Assembly (NCBI GenBank): GCA_016839265.1
Contig: JAEOUO010000004.1
Location: 223 to 32,222 of the forward strand
Source: Candidatus Odinarchaeota archaeon
Lineage (GTDB): Archaea; Asgardarchaeota; Odinarchaeia; Odinarchaeales; Odinarchaeaceae
Length of the DNA: 32,000 bases
Direction: 5' to 3'
Shown: positions 1 to 8,596 of the stretch, piece after piece
Numbering within the stretch: position 1 is the stretch's first letter
Layout of the letters: each line of letters opens with the position of its first letter
Position numbers and translations under genes: made by a program
Notes under the pieces: generated by a model
Told to the model about the DNA's origin: nothing
Databases searched by the model: none
Seen by the model: only the letters and a program-made list of their open reading frames with translations

Positions 1-2
1 GA

Positions 3-671
3 ATAGGGTTAGGCTACTTGCTTGGTTTAAACCCGGTGCTGGTCGCGATTCCCTTCAGCTTAGCCGCTTCTATTAGCGTAGGTGTGATAGGGAGAAGAAC
101 AAGGGTAAGCGAGGATGTCTCTATTGGTATACTGTGGGCTGTCGGTATGGCTGCCGGTATAATATTTGTGAATTTAGCTCCAGGCTACGCGCCGGATCTT
201 TTCAGCTATCTTTTTGGGAGTATTCTCACTGTTCCTGTTTTCGATTTAATGATCATGTTCATCTTGAACATGGTTATTTTAACGTTATTCCTTCTCTTTC
301 ATAAAGAATTTTATGCTATGTCATTCGACGAAGAATTCGCAACCGCCTCCGGGGTTCCTGTGAAACCGCTATATTACACGCTGCTAGCTATGATAGGTCT
401 CAGTGTAGTGATACTTATCCGCGTGGTAGGGATTATTCTCGTAATCGCTCTTTTAACAATTCCCACTGTGATTAGCATGAAATTCACTAATGGAATGAAA
501 AAATTAAGTTTCACATCCTCTATTATAGGTTTAATATGCACGGTTACAGGGCTATTTCTCTCATATATTTTTAATCTAACGTCCGGCGCTACTATCGTCA
601 TGGTTTTAGCAACTGCTTTTCTAATCTCCACGTTAATTAAACGTTTAAAAATTTTTAAAAAAAAGAGTTGA
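3..671 (+). CDS. Metal (Zn/Mn) ABC transporter permease, ZnuB/ABC-3 family; 5'-truncated by the window edge
   Basis: The frame is open from base 3 (ATA GGG TTA GGC TAC TTG...). The protein is highly hydrophobic, with family motifs DLFSYLFGSIL, SFDEEFATASG and VVGIILVIALLTIP. Confidence 0.9.
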   Translation: MGLGYLLGLNPVLVAIPFSLAASISVGVIGRRTRVSEDVSIGILWAVGMAAGIIFVNLAPGYAPDLFSYLFGSILTVPVFDLMIMFILNMVILTLFLLFHKEFYAMSFDEEFATASGVPVKPLYYTLLAMIGLSVVILIRVVGIILVIALLTIPTVISMKFTNGMKKLSFTSSIIGLICTVTGLFLSYIFNLTSGATIVMVLATAFLISTLIKRLKIFKKKS

Positions 672-750
672 AATTAATAAAGCTTATAAAACCTTTCTTC
701 TATTTAATTCTGCTAATTAACACTTATTTTCACTATTTGAGGGTTCACTC

Positions 751-2667
751 TTGTCTAATGAGGAGGCTTCTCTTAAAAGAGAGATCGGCTGGTACGGTTC
801 CTTCGCTATGGGCTACGCGGATGTCGGCGCTGACATCTACGTGGCTTTAGGTCTTGTAGCGTTCTACGCTGCAGGAGGATCCCCCCTCGCCTTCGCAATA
901 GCCGCCACCACCTACGTGTGCACTGGTTTAGCTTACGCTGAGCTAGCTACAGCTTACCCTTATGCTGGTGGAGCTCACGTTTACGCTATGAAAGCGTCAA
1001 ACGATCTGTTAGGATTCATAGCAGGATGGGCTGTGATGCTAGATTATACTGTGAATATAGCGCTTTTCTCTTTAGCGACATCCGGCTACCTGACTTTCTT
1101 CTTCCCTTATCTGAGAACTCTTTCACTGGATCTTAGCATGATAGGGTTACCGTTCTCTATACCCTATCTAGGATTAATATCTTTCAGTATTGTAATCGGC
1201 CTTATAATAATCAACGTTATAGGAATTAAGGAATCATCCGCGCTTAACGTGATCCTAGTAACATTGAATATTCTAGTTTTATCTATGATTGTTTTAATGG
1301 GGTTAATATTCGCCTTTAATATAGGTAACTTATTGAATCAAATATTCGTTTTAGGTCACCCTGTTCCATTACCGAATGTATCATATATTTTCAGCTCAGA
1401 TTATCAGTTTCAAAACTTTCTTTACGGTATAACGATCGCGATGTCCTCTTTCATCGGGATAGAATCGATAGCTCAAGCCGCTGAAGAAACGAAGAAACCT
1501 TATAAATGGATTCCCCGAGCTAACAAGCTTTCCATACTCGCTGTTATTGTGTTCGCTCTGGGGCTTTCAACGATTGGAATGGGGATTATTCCATGGAATG
1601 TTTTAGGATACTCTAAAGCTGATCCTATGGCTACACTCGCCTCCGCTATCCCTGTTATCGGCCAATTCATGGCGCCTATAGTCGCGGTCACAGGCTTCGC
1701 GATATGCCTTGTGTCAACTAATACCGGTGTTATAGGAGTGTCTAGAGTAGTCTACTCTATGAGCCGCTTCAGCCTGTTACCTAAATGGTTTTACACCACT
1801 CATAAAAATTTTAAAACACCTTACAGAACTATTATCGTTTTCAGTTTAATCGGTGGTTTTCTAACTATGACTGGTACACTTGAGTTAATCGCCGACTTAT
1901 ATAATTTCGGCGCGCTTCTATCCTATTTAATAGTAAATATTTCTCTTATAATGCTTAGAAACCAGGATCCAAGCGCGTACAGGTCTTGGAAGATTCCAGG
2001 AGAGTTGAAAATTAATTGGCATGGTAGAAAAATTATTATTCCAGCTGTAAGCCTTTTCGGCGCTTTTATGTGTACGATTATCTGGAGTCTCATCATTTTA
2101 TATCATCCAGAGGGTCGCCTTCTAGGCTCCATCTGGATTCTCATCGGTGTGATAGGTTACACTGTTTACCGTATTAAAATAAAAAAGCCTATTCTATCTA
2201 AGGAGACAGGTAAAACAATTAAACCAAGCGGTTATAACATGAACGCGGTGATTCTTCTTCGAACACCTGAAGAAGAGGATAAAATCGTGAATATGATTAG
2301 AACAGGCTTAGATAAACGATTTTCATTAACGCTTTTAACAATCCTTGACCCTGAAAACTATGGTTTACCTCCTGATAAAGTTGAATCTATTACTGAAATG
2401 AAAAAATTAGAGGACGAAGTGTTCTCTGAACTTTCATCTATCGCAGCTCAACTTCAAAAACTAGGTTACCAGGTGAATGTTAAAATTAGAATAGGCTCGT
2501 TAAACTCTATTATTATCAGTGAACTTGAATCCGAAGATAACGATATACTGGTTTTCGTTAAAAGAAAACTATTTAAAAAAGACTTTAAAAAAGACTTTGA
2601 TGACTCGACTATTTTATATGTGACGAGTAAATATCCTGGTAAAGTAATGGTTTTAAGGAGAGATTGA
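751..2667 (+). CDS. APC-family amino acid permease with a C-terminal USP-like cytoplasmic domain
   Basis: About 12 hydrophobic segments, TM1 motif GYADVGADIY, and the motifs FIGIESIAQAAEE and HKNFKTPYRTI. A soluble ~150 aa tail has a USP-like alpha/beta pattern. Confidence 0.85.
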   Translation: MSNEEASLKREIGWYGSFAMGYADVGADIYVALGLVAFYAAGGSPLAFAIAATTYVCTGLAYAELATAYPYAGGAHVYAMKASNDLLGFIAGWAVMLDYTVNIALFSLATSGYLTFFFPYLRTLSLDLSMIGLPFSIPYLGLISFSIVIGLIIINVIGIKESSALNVILVTLNILVLSMIVLMGLIFAFNIGNLLNQIFVLGHPVPLPNVSYIFSSDYQFQNFLYGITIAMSSFIGIESIAQAAEETKKPYKWIPRANKLSILAVIVFALGLSTIGMGIIPWNVLGYSKADPMATLASAIPVIGQFMAPIVAVTGFAICLVSTNTGVIGVSRVVYSMSRFSLLPKWFYTTHKNFKTPYRTIIVFSLIGGFLTMTGTLELIADLYNFGALLSYLIVNISLIMLRNQDPSAYRSWKIPGELKINWHGRKIIIPAVSLFGAFMCTIIWSLIILYHPEGRLLGSIWILIGVIGYTVYRIKIKKPILSKETGKTIKPSGYNMNAVILLRTPEEEDKIVNMIRTGLDKRFSLTLLTILDPENYGLPPDKVESITEMKKLEDEVFSELSSIAAQLQKLGYQVNVKIRIGSLNSIIISELESEDNDILVFVKRKLFKKDFKKDFDDSTILYVTSKYPGKVMVLRRD

Positions 2668-2668
2668 A

Positions 2669-2935
2669 ATGTCTATTGAAGTTATTATAAACGTATATGT
2701 TGTATCTGAGAAAATGGACTATGTGGTTGATAAACTTAAACCTCTACCTGAAGTAGTCGATTTATACGAGGTTACAGGGGAATCAGATATAATTCTGATG
2801 GTTAAAACCGAGGATATAAGTGAGTTCCGCGATTTTCTGAAAAATAAATTGATGAAAATCGACGGGGTTAGAAGCACCGTAACCTCCGTAGTGCTACATA
2901 GACATAAACGTGAAGGTGTTATTATAGAGGTATGA
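2669..2935 (+). CDS. Stand-alone Lrp/AsnC ligand-binding (RAM) domain protein
   Basis: Motif LPEVVDLYEVTGESDIILMV...IDGVRSTVTSVV. No N-terminal HTH. Confidence 0.85.
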   Translation: MSIEVIINVYVVSEKMDYVVDKLKPLPEVVDLYEVTGESDIILMVKTEDISEFRDFLKNKLMKIDGVRSTVTSVVLHRHKREGVIIEV

Positions 2936-2940
2936 GTTAA

Positions 2941-3396
2941 ATGAGCCGGGTTAAAAAGACTAAGGTTCTTCTACCTATCACTCTGAAAGTTAACAGAGAA
3001 CTATTACTGAAAGGGTTTGAAATATTAAAAGGTTTAAAAAACCCTGATTTAACAGTTTTCCATGTATTAGAGCTTCCTGTAACTGCTTCTCTAGATATTT
3101 CAGAGCATGATAAAAAAATTAAAGAATTAAAACAGCAGTTAATCCCTACTATTAAATGGATTGAAGAGCAGACATTTAAAATAAATAGTAAAATTGTTGT
3201 AGCCCGTCACATCTCGGAAGCAATAGTGGAGGAAGCTAACAGCGGGGACTATGATCTTGTAATTTTATCGAAAAGAGCACCTCCTAAAGGTTTAAAAAGA
3301 ATATTTCATAGAAGCCACTCAGATTATGTTACCGGTAAAATCAACTGTCCAGCGCTTATTCTCGTAGATAAGAAACCAAAATCTTCAAGACTTTGA
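2941..3396 (+). CDS. Universal stress protein (USP)
   Basis: Motifs KVLLPIT, LTVFHVLE, EAIVEEANSGDYDLVILSKR and SDYVTGKINCPALIL. Confidence 0.85.
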   Translation: MSRVKKTKVLLPITLKVNRELLLKGFEILKGLKNPDLTVFHVLELPVTASLDISEHDKKIKELKQQLIPTIKWIEEQTFKINSKIVVARHISEAIVEEANSGDYDLVILSKRAPPKGLKRIFHRSHSDYVTGKINCPALILVDKKPKSSRL

Positions 3397-4782
3397 TAAA
3401 CTTATGAAAGGCGCAGGTATACGTCCACCGCGTTGAATCAGTTTCGAAGATTTAAATCTGCTAACCGTCATTACAGGCGCAGCTCCGAGTAAACCCCCGT
3501 AGTCCACCCAATCCCCGGGTTTCTTACCGTAGACAGGTATAAGACGGGCGCCGACTGTTTTGCGGTTAATCACTCCAAGCGCGATTATATCACCTATTAG
3601 CGCAGCAATCGTCTCCGGGCTGGTATCCCATGGGAGGGGGATCATATCAAGACCTGTAGAGCATACACCGCTCATAGCTTTTAAATGATCTATTGTTAAA
3701 GCGCCTTCACTAACCGCTTTAGCGATAATATCATCTTCTAACACTGGTATGAAAACTCCGCTCTGTCCTCCTACATATTTTGAAGCCATGCTTCCCCCTT
3801 TCTTCAACGCATCTGTGATAATGGCGATAGCTAAAACACTTCCAGGCGCTCCGAACCTTTCCAATCCTATACTCTCCACTATGCCTCCTACACTGTTACC
3901 ACCTTCAGGTGAAGGGGCTAGTGAAAGATCCACACCACCGAAGTCCACTTTCATCTCTTCTGCTATCCTTCTTCCGATAAGCTCCCCAGCTCTGGTTACT
4001 TTAAAACTAGTTGACTTAATCGCTTCAACAACATCCCCAAGCGAAGCTTTATCCTCTAAATTATTTAAAACCGCGTGAACAACACCAGGTCCGCTTATAC
4101 CAACAGTTAACGAGACATCACTGTCCCCTATACTGTGAAACGCGCCTGGTAGAAACGGTGTTCCCTCAGCCGCGTTAGCCATCACCATAAGCTTCGCGCA
4201 GCCTACACTGTTTTCATTTTTCGTATTATAAGCGATATCTTTAATCACATACCCTATTCGCTTAACCATATCCATGTTTATACCGCTCTCGGTAGAAGCA
4301 ACGTTTATAAACGAGAAAACTCTCTTCGTGGTGGATAACACTGTAGGTAAGCTTTCTATAAGTTTTTCATCCGCTTCAGATGCACCTCGGTGTACAAAAC
4401 ACGAGTAACCGCCGATGTAGTCCACCCCTGCGTCAACTACAGCTTTCTCAAGGGTTTCCGCGATTTTTAAACAGATTTTACTTTTATCAGAGTCGCTTTG
4501 ATTCCTTAAAAGGCTTCCAAGAATTATTGAGATAGGTGTAACCGCGATACGCTTATTAACTATTGGAACCCCGTAAGATCTCTGAACCTCTTTGCAGCTT
4601 TCATCAAATTGTTTAGAATAAGACATTATCTTATAATATATTTTATCACATGTCTCTTCAACGCTTCCCCCGATACAGTCTAGGAGGCTGATACCTAAAG
4701 TAGCTGCTCTAATATTCAGCTTCTGTAATGTAATCATTCTAATAGTTTCAATTATCTCCTCTGTATCTAGTAGCGCAGGCAT
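3385..4782 (-). CDS. DUF711 / UPF0210 (PFL-like) family protein
   Basis: N-terminal EIIETIRMI, then TLGISLLDC, VNKRIAVTPIS, PFLPGAFH, VGISGPGVV and CSTGLDMIPLP. Paired with an ACT protein, as is typical for the family. Confidence 0.9.
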   Translation of the reverse strand: MPALLDTEEIIETIRMITLQKLNIRAATLGISLLDCIGGSVEETCDKIYYKIMSYSKQFDESCKEVQRSYGVPIVNKRIAVTPISIILGSLLRNQSDSDKSKICLKIAETLEKAVVDAGVDYIGGYSCFVHRGASEADEKLIESLPTVLSTTKRVFSFINVASTESGINMDMVKRIGYVIKDIAYNTKNENSVGCAKLMVMANAAEGTPFLPGAFHSIGDSDVSLTVGISGPGVVHAVLNNLEDKASLGDVVEAIKSTSFKVTRAGELIGRRIAEEMKVDFGGVDLSLAPSPEGGNSVGGIVESIGLERFGAPGSVLAIAIITDALKKGGSMASKYVGGQSGVFIPVLEDDIIAKAVSEGALTIDHLKAMSGVCSTGLDMIPLPWDTSPETIAALIGDIIALGVINRKTVGARLIPVYGKKPGDWVDYGGLLGAAPVMTVSRFKSSKLIQRGGRIPAPFISLSKS

Positions 4783-4796
4783 TTATTCTAAGCCCC

Positions 4797-5093
4797 CTAA
4801 ACTCTATGAAGGAATTTAAAAATCTCCTCTTTAAGCGCGATTAATGTGACTCCTGTTTCCTCCTCCTTCTTTTTAAGAATATTTTTAAGCTCATCATAGC
4901 TGATCTTCGCTTCACTCATATCAGCGATCATAATCATAGTGAATACAGGTGTCCCTGATTGAAGAATAGTTGAACGCATATCCTCTATGTTAATATTATT
5001 CTCAGCTAGTATATTCGCCACCATCGCCACTATCCCAGGTCGGTCAACTCCGACAACAGTTATCACAATTTTCTTCTCATCCATTAACCTCAC
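4797..5093 (-). CDS. ACT-domain protein (UPF0237 family)
   Basis: Motifs VITVVGVDRPGIVAMVANILAENNINIED and EEIFKFLHRV. Lies directly upstream of DUF711. The true start may be the second Met (MDEKK). Confidence 0.9.
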   Translation of the reverse strand: MRLMDEKKIVITVVGVDRPGIVAMVANILAENNINIEDMRSTILQSGTPVFTMIMIADMSEAKISYDELKNILKKKEEETGVTLIALKEEIFKFLHRV

Positions 5094-5123
5094 CGGTAAA
5101 CCAGTCAGTTAACTCATTAACTG

Positions 5124-5139
5124 TTTAAATATATAAAAA
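5124..5139. promoter_or_regulatory. Probable bidirectional TATA element between the ACT gene and rbcL
   Basis: TTTAAATATATAAAAA lies in an 87-bp divergent intergenic region. SD-like AGGTGG precedes the rbcL ATG. Confidence 0.5.
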
Positions 5140-5180
5140 TATTTTAATAATCGATTAATCTATAGTTTCAAGGTGGTTTA

Positions 5181-6422
5181 ATGTCTTATATTAATCTAAA
5201 CCTTCAAGTGGATCCTGAAAGATACGTTATAGCTGATTACACTCTTGAAAGCGATCTACCTTTAGAGATTGCAGCTGAGAAACTTGCAGCTGAGGAAAGC
5301 ACTGGAACATGGACGGAGATCTCTACAACTAATACTAGAATAGTTGAGGAGCTTGGAGCTAAAGTCTTCTATATTGATAAATCGAAAAATTTTGTTAGAG
5401 TAGCCTACCCGCTTGACGACTTCAGCTGGGATATAGGTGGAATTCCTCAATTTTTAAGCGTAGTAGCTGGTAACTTTTTCGGTTTAGAGCAGTTGAAAAA
5501 CGCTAGACTACTCGATGTACACTTGCCGAATCAGGTTATAAAATTATTTAAGGGGCCGAAATTCGGTTTACACGGTGTTAAAAAACTCATGAACTGTGAG
5601 CATATGCCTTCTATAGGGGGTACAGTTAAACCGAAAATAGGGTTACCAGCTAGAAAATACGGTGAACTAGTGTATCTTTTCGGTTTAGGTGGTTTAACAG
5701 CAGGGAAAGATGATGAAACCCTTGTAAACCAGAAATTCTGCCCGCTTATAGACCGAGTTATAGCAGTCAGAGAAGCGATAGATAAAGTTAAAGATGAAAC
5801 AGGTCAAAGCATGCTTTACTCTGTAAACGTGACTACGAGAACAGATCAAATACTAGAAGTAGCTGATAAAGCTATCAGTCATGGGGCTAACCAGCTTTTA
5901 GTCGACTTGATAGTAGCAGGGTTCAGCGCGGTTCAAACATTAGCTGAAGACCCTAGTATAAATGTTCCCATCCACTGTCATAGAGCTATGCACGCTGCTT
6001 TCACGCGAAATCCTAAACACGGAATATCCATGAAAGTGGTTGGTAAAATATGCCGCCTAGTAGGCGGGGATATCTTACATGTGGGAACATGGGGTGTAGG
6101 TAAAATGCACGGTGAAGCTGATGAAACCCAGCTATACGCGGATGCAATAACACAGCTTATGGGCCACTTGAAACCTATGCTGCCTATGGCTAGCGGTGGA
6201 TTACACCCCGGCTCAGTTGAGCTTCTCGTTAAGAGAGCTGGAATAAATATTCAAATACAAGCAGGCGGCGGGATTGCAGGTCACCCTGATGGTGTACTAG
6301 CCGGAGCTAAAGCTTTACGTCAAGCTGTAGACGCAGTGGTGCAAGGGATCCAGGTTGAAGAATACGCGAAAACACATAGTGAGCTTAAAAAAGCTATAGA
6401 ACACTGGGGTGTAGTTCGCTAA
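5181..6422 (+). CDS. rbcL: RuBisCO large subunit, archaeal form III-type
   Basis: All canonical catalytic positions are present (form I numbering): E60/T65/W66 (AEESTGTW), N123 (VAGNFFG), K175/K177 (TVKPKIG), K201-D-D-E204, H294/R295/H298 (HCHRAMH), H327/K334 (HVGTWGVGKM), SGG and GGG. AMP phosphorylase and R15P isomerase are nearby. Confidence 0.92.
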   Translation: MSYINLNLQVDPERYVIADYTLESDLPLEIAAEKLAAEESTGTWTEISTTNTRIVEELGAKVFYIDKSKNFVRVAYPLDDFSWDIGGIPQFLSVVAGNFFGLEQLKNARLLDVHLPNQVIKLFKGPKFGLHGVKKLMNCEHMPSIGGTVKPKIGLPARKYGELVYLFGLGGLTAGKDDETLVNQKFCPLIDRVIAVREAIDKVKDETGQSMLYSVNVTTRTDQILEVADKAISHGANQLLVDLIVAGFSAVQTLAEDPSINVPIHCHRAMHAAFTRNPKHGISMKVVGKICRLVGGDILHVGTWGVGKMHGEADETQLYADAITQLMGHLKPMLPMASGGLHPGSVELLVKRAGINIQIQAGGGIAGHPDGVLAGAKALRQAVDAVVQGIQVEEYAKTHSELKKAIEHWGVVR

Positions 6423-6452
6423 ACATTTTATTTTAAAATTTATAATCGGTAG

Positions 6453-7430
6453 CTAAATTATTTCGTAGTCTTCTATAATCTGGTTTTCAAAACTTTTTCT
6501 AAAACCGGTTTTACTATAGAAAACATCTTTATTCATTACTATAAGAGGGTGATCGAACATGTCACCGCAGAAATCTAAGTCATCAACCGGAGGTTTCACT
6601 AAAATTATCTTTCTATTAAATATTAACTGTTCAATTTTCTCAACCATATAGTTTTCCATTTCTTCGAATCCGCGCAGTAACATGTTTAAAGGTGTATCTA
6701 GAAATAAAGGTCTTAATTTCACAACTGTTCTAGACGCTTTCCGCCTTCTAAGATCATTTTTTTCAACCAATATCTTAATATCTCCTTTACTATCCACAGG
6801 AGGTGCTATGAACGCCATCTCCCCGCTTCCACTATTAAAGTCTTCGCGTAAAACAAGCTTATCATACTCTCCTAAAATATTATCTAATTCTTTAAGCGAT
6901 TTCAGAAAATCCTCTCTACTGCAAGTTTTCCTGTGAACCGAAAAAAACTCACCGCCGGTTTTAATAAGAGCTTGAACATCTCCGTTTAACACCATATAAC
7001 TCGCTTCGTTTAGATTTAAGGAGTTAACCTTATTTACAGTGAAGCCTGCGTTTAAAATACTTTCTAAATTTATTTCTCTATTAAACTTTAAAACCCAACT
7101 ATCCCGTTTAAAATATGATTCCCTTAGAATATTTAACGGAGCGTAAACTTTACACTTCTCTTTTAAACCGATCTCTCTTAAAGCGAATACTCTATGAGTT
7201 CCATCCGCTATAACATAATCCGCTCCTAGCTCTGTGACAAGTATCGGATGAAGGAACCCTTCTGAACTGAAACTTTCAATCAACCTGTCTATAACAGTTT
7301 TATCTGAAACAGTCTTTTCATGTTCAACAATATGGTTAATCTCCGATAAACCGAATTCAACTATAAAATCACCGTTTAAATTCGAGAATTTAACTTTCCA
7401 AGAGTGTTCACCGAAATTAAATGTTATCAT
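6453..7430 (-). CDS. ParB/Sulfiredoxin-fold protein resembling ADP-dependent serine kinase SerK / SbnI
   Basis: Motifs VEHE, HPILV, YVIADGTHR, SW and APPVDSKGDIKILVEKNDLRRRKASRTVV occur in the same order as in SerK-family proteins (recalled consensus PHE, KPML, YLIVDGHHR, TW, APTKEEVMEL..G..FSPKTTRHV). Confidence 0.65.
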   Translation of the reverse strand: MITFNFGEHSWKVKFSNLNGDFIVEFGLSEINHIVEHEKTVSDKTVIDRLIESFSSEGFLHPILVTELGADYVIADGTHRVFALREIGLKEKCKVYAPLNILRESYFKRDSWVLKFNREINLESILNAGFTVNKVNSLNLNEASYMVLNGDVQALIKTGGEFFSVHRKTCSREDFLKSLKELDNILGEYDKLVLREDFNSGSGEMAFIAPPVDSKGDIKILVEKNDLRRRKASRTVVKLRPLFLDTPLNMLLRGFEEMENYMVEKIEQLIFNRKIILVKPPVDDLDFCGDMFDHPLIVMNKDVFYSKTGFRKSFENQIIEDYEII

Positions 7431-7650
7431 AACCTCACCTAGAATATCTTCTATAAATCTTAAATTTTACATATAAAACATTAATTGTCTACTAGATTCA
7501 GCCTATTTCATAGAGGATTACAACTTAAACATAGTTAAATTTTATTCTTTAAAAATAAGAATTTTAAGAGATATAGTAAATTTCTGATTTAATAAATTGT
7601 TTAATATGTTTTTATATAACGCCTGTTTAATATTTTTCACAGTGATATTT

Positions 7651-8574
7651 ATGGAGATTGTTGAAAAAACAGCCGCTGACATTAAAAACTTGAGGATTCA
7701 AGGAGCCACTAATATCGCGGTTAAAGCTTTAACAGCTATAACTGACCAGATTAAGAGTTTAAACCCTAAAACAATTCAAGAAGCGCTTTCGCAACTTCAT
7801 AAAATGAAGGAAACACTGTTTCAAAGCAGGCCTACTGAGCCTACTATGAGAACCGGAGTTAAATATATACTCTATAATTTACAGCGAAACCTCCCTGACC
7901 CTGTTAACATAAGTGACGTGATATCTTCTTTAGCCTCCCAGTATATTACACTTCTTAAAGAAGCTAAAGCTAGAATTCAGGTGATCGGCGCTAATAGAAT
8001 AGTAGACGGAATGACTATAATGACACACTGTCACAGTTCTATTGTGAGCGGGATTATTATTAAAGCATTTCAGGATGGTAAAAAATTTGATGTAGTGTGT
8101 ACGGAGACAAGACCTCTATATCAAGGGCATATAACTGCTAGAGAGCTAAGTGAGAAAGGGGTTAAAACCACGCTTATCGTTGATTCTGCGATGAGATGGG
8201 CTGTTCAACAGAAAGAAGTGGATTTAATTCTCGTCGGCGCTGACGCGATTACATCTGAAGGTGTTGTTTTAAATAAGATAGGGACAAGATTACTCGCCTT
8301 AGCCGCTGAAGAATATAATGTCCCCTTTTACGTAGCCACTCCATCTTTTAAATTCTCACCTGAAACAGTTATAGGTAACCTTGAGAAAATAGAGTTAAGG
8401 GATCCAGGAGAGGTTTGGGATTCGCCTCCTGAAAATCTTAGAATAGATAATCCTGCTTTCGAAACCGTGGCTAGAAAATATATTCACGGAATAATCACAG
8501 AGCTGGGGATACTGCCTCCAGGATACCTTTACGGCGCGATTGTTGAGAAGTATCCTTTTATATTCTCGGATTAA
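7651..8574 (+). CDS. Ribose-1,5-bisphosphate isomerase (eIF-2B alpha/beta/delta family)
   Basis: Motifs RIQGA, SRPT, MTHCHSS (catalytic Cys), ETRP, GADAIT (catalytic Asp) and NKIGT. Sits immediately upstream of AMP phosphorylase. I chose ATG 7651 (AGTGAT SD-like upstream) over the ORF-track start at 7597. Confidence 0.9.
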   Translation: MEIVEKTAADIKNLRIQGATNIAVKALTAITDQIKSLNPKTIQEALSQLHKMKETLFQSRPTEPTMRTGVKYILYNLQRNLPDPVNISDVISSLASQYITLLKEAKARIQVIGANRIVDGMTIMTHCHSSIVSGIIIKAFQDGKKFDVVCTETRPLYQGHITARELSEKGVKTTLIVDSAMRWAVQQKEVDLILVGADAITSEGVVLNKIGTRLLALAAEEYNVPFYVATPSFKFSPETVIGNLEKIELRDPGEVWDSPPENLRIDNPAFETVARKYIHGIITELGILPPGYLYGAIVEKYPFIFSD

Positions 8575-8596
8575 AGTTATTTTAAAGGTGTGAAAA

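Noticed and set aside
5181-6422. Form IV RuBisCO-like protein (non-carboxylating)
   Set aside because: All catalytic residues checked are conserved and the AMP-pathway context is complete. Only non-catalytic signature positions deviate.
7597-8574. Translation factor eIF-2B subunit or MTR-1P isomerase call
   Set aside because: The catalytic Cys (THCHS) and Asp (GADAI), together with adjacency to AMP phosphorylase and RuBisCO, favour R15P isomerase.
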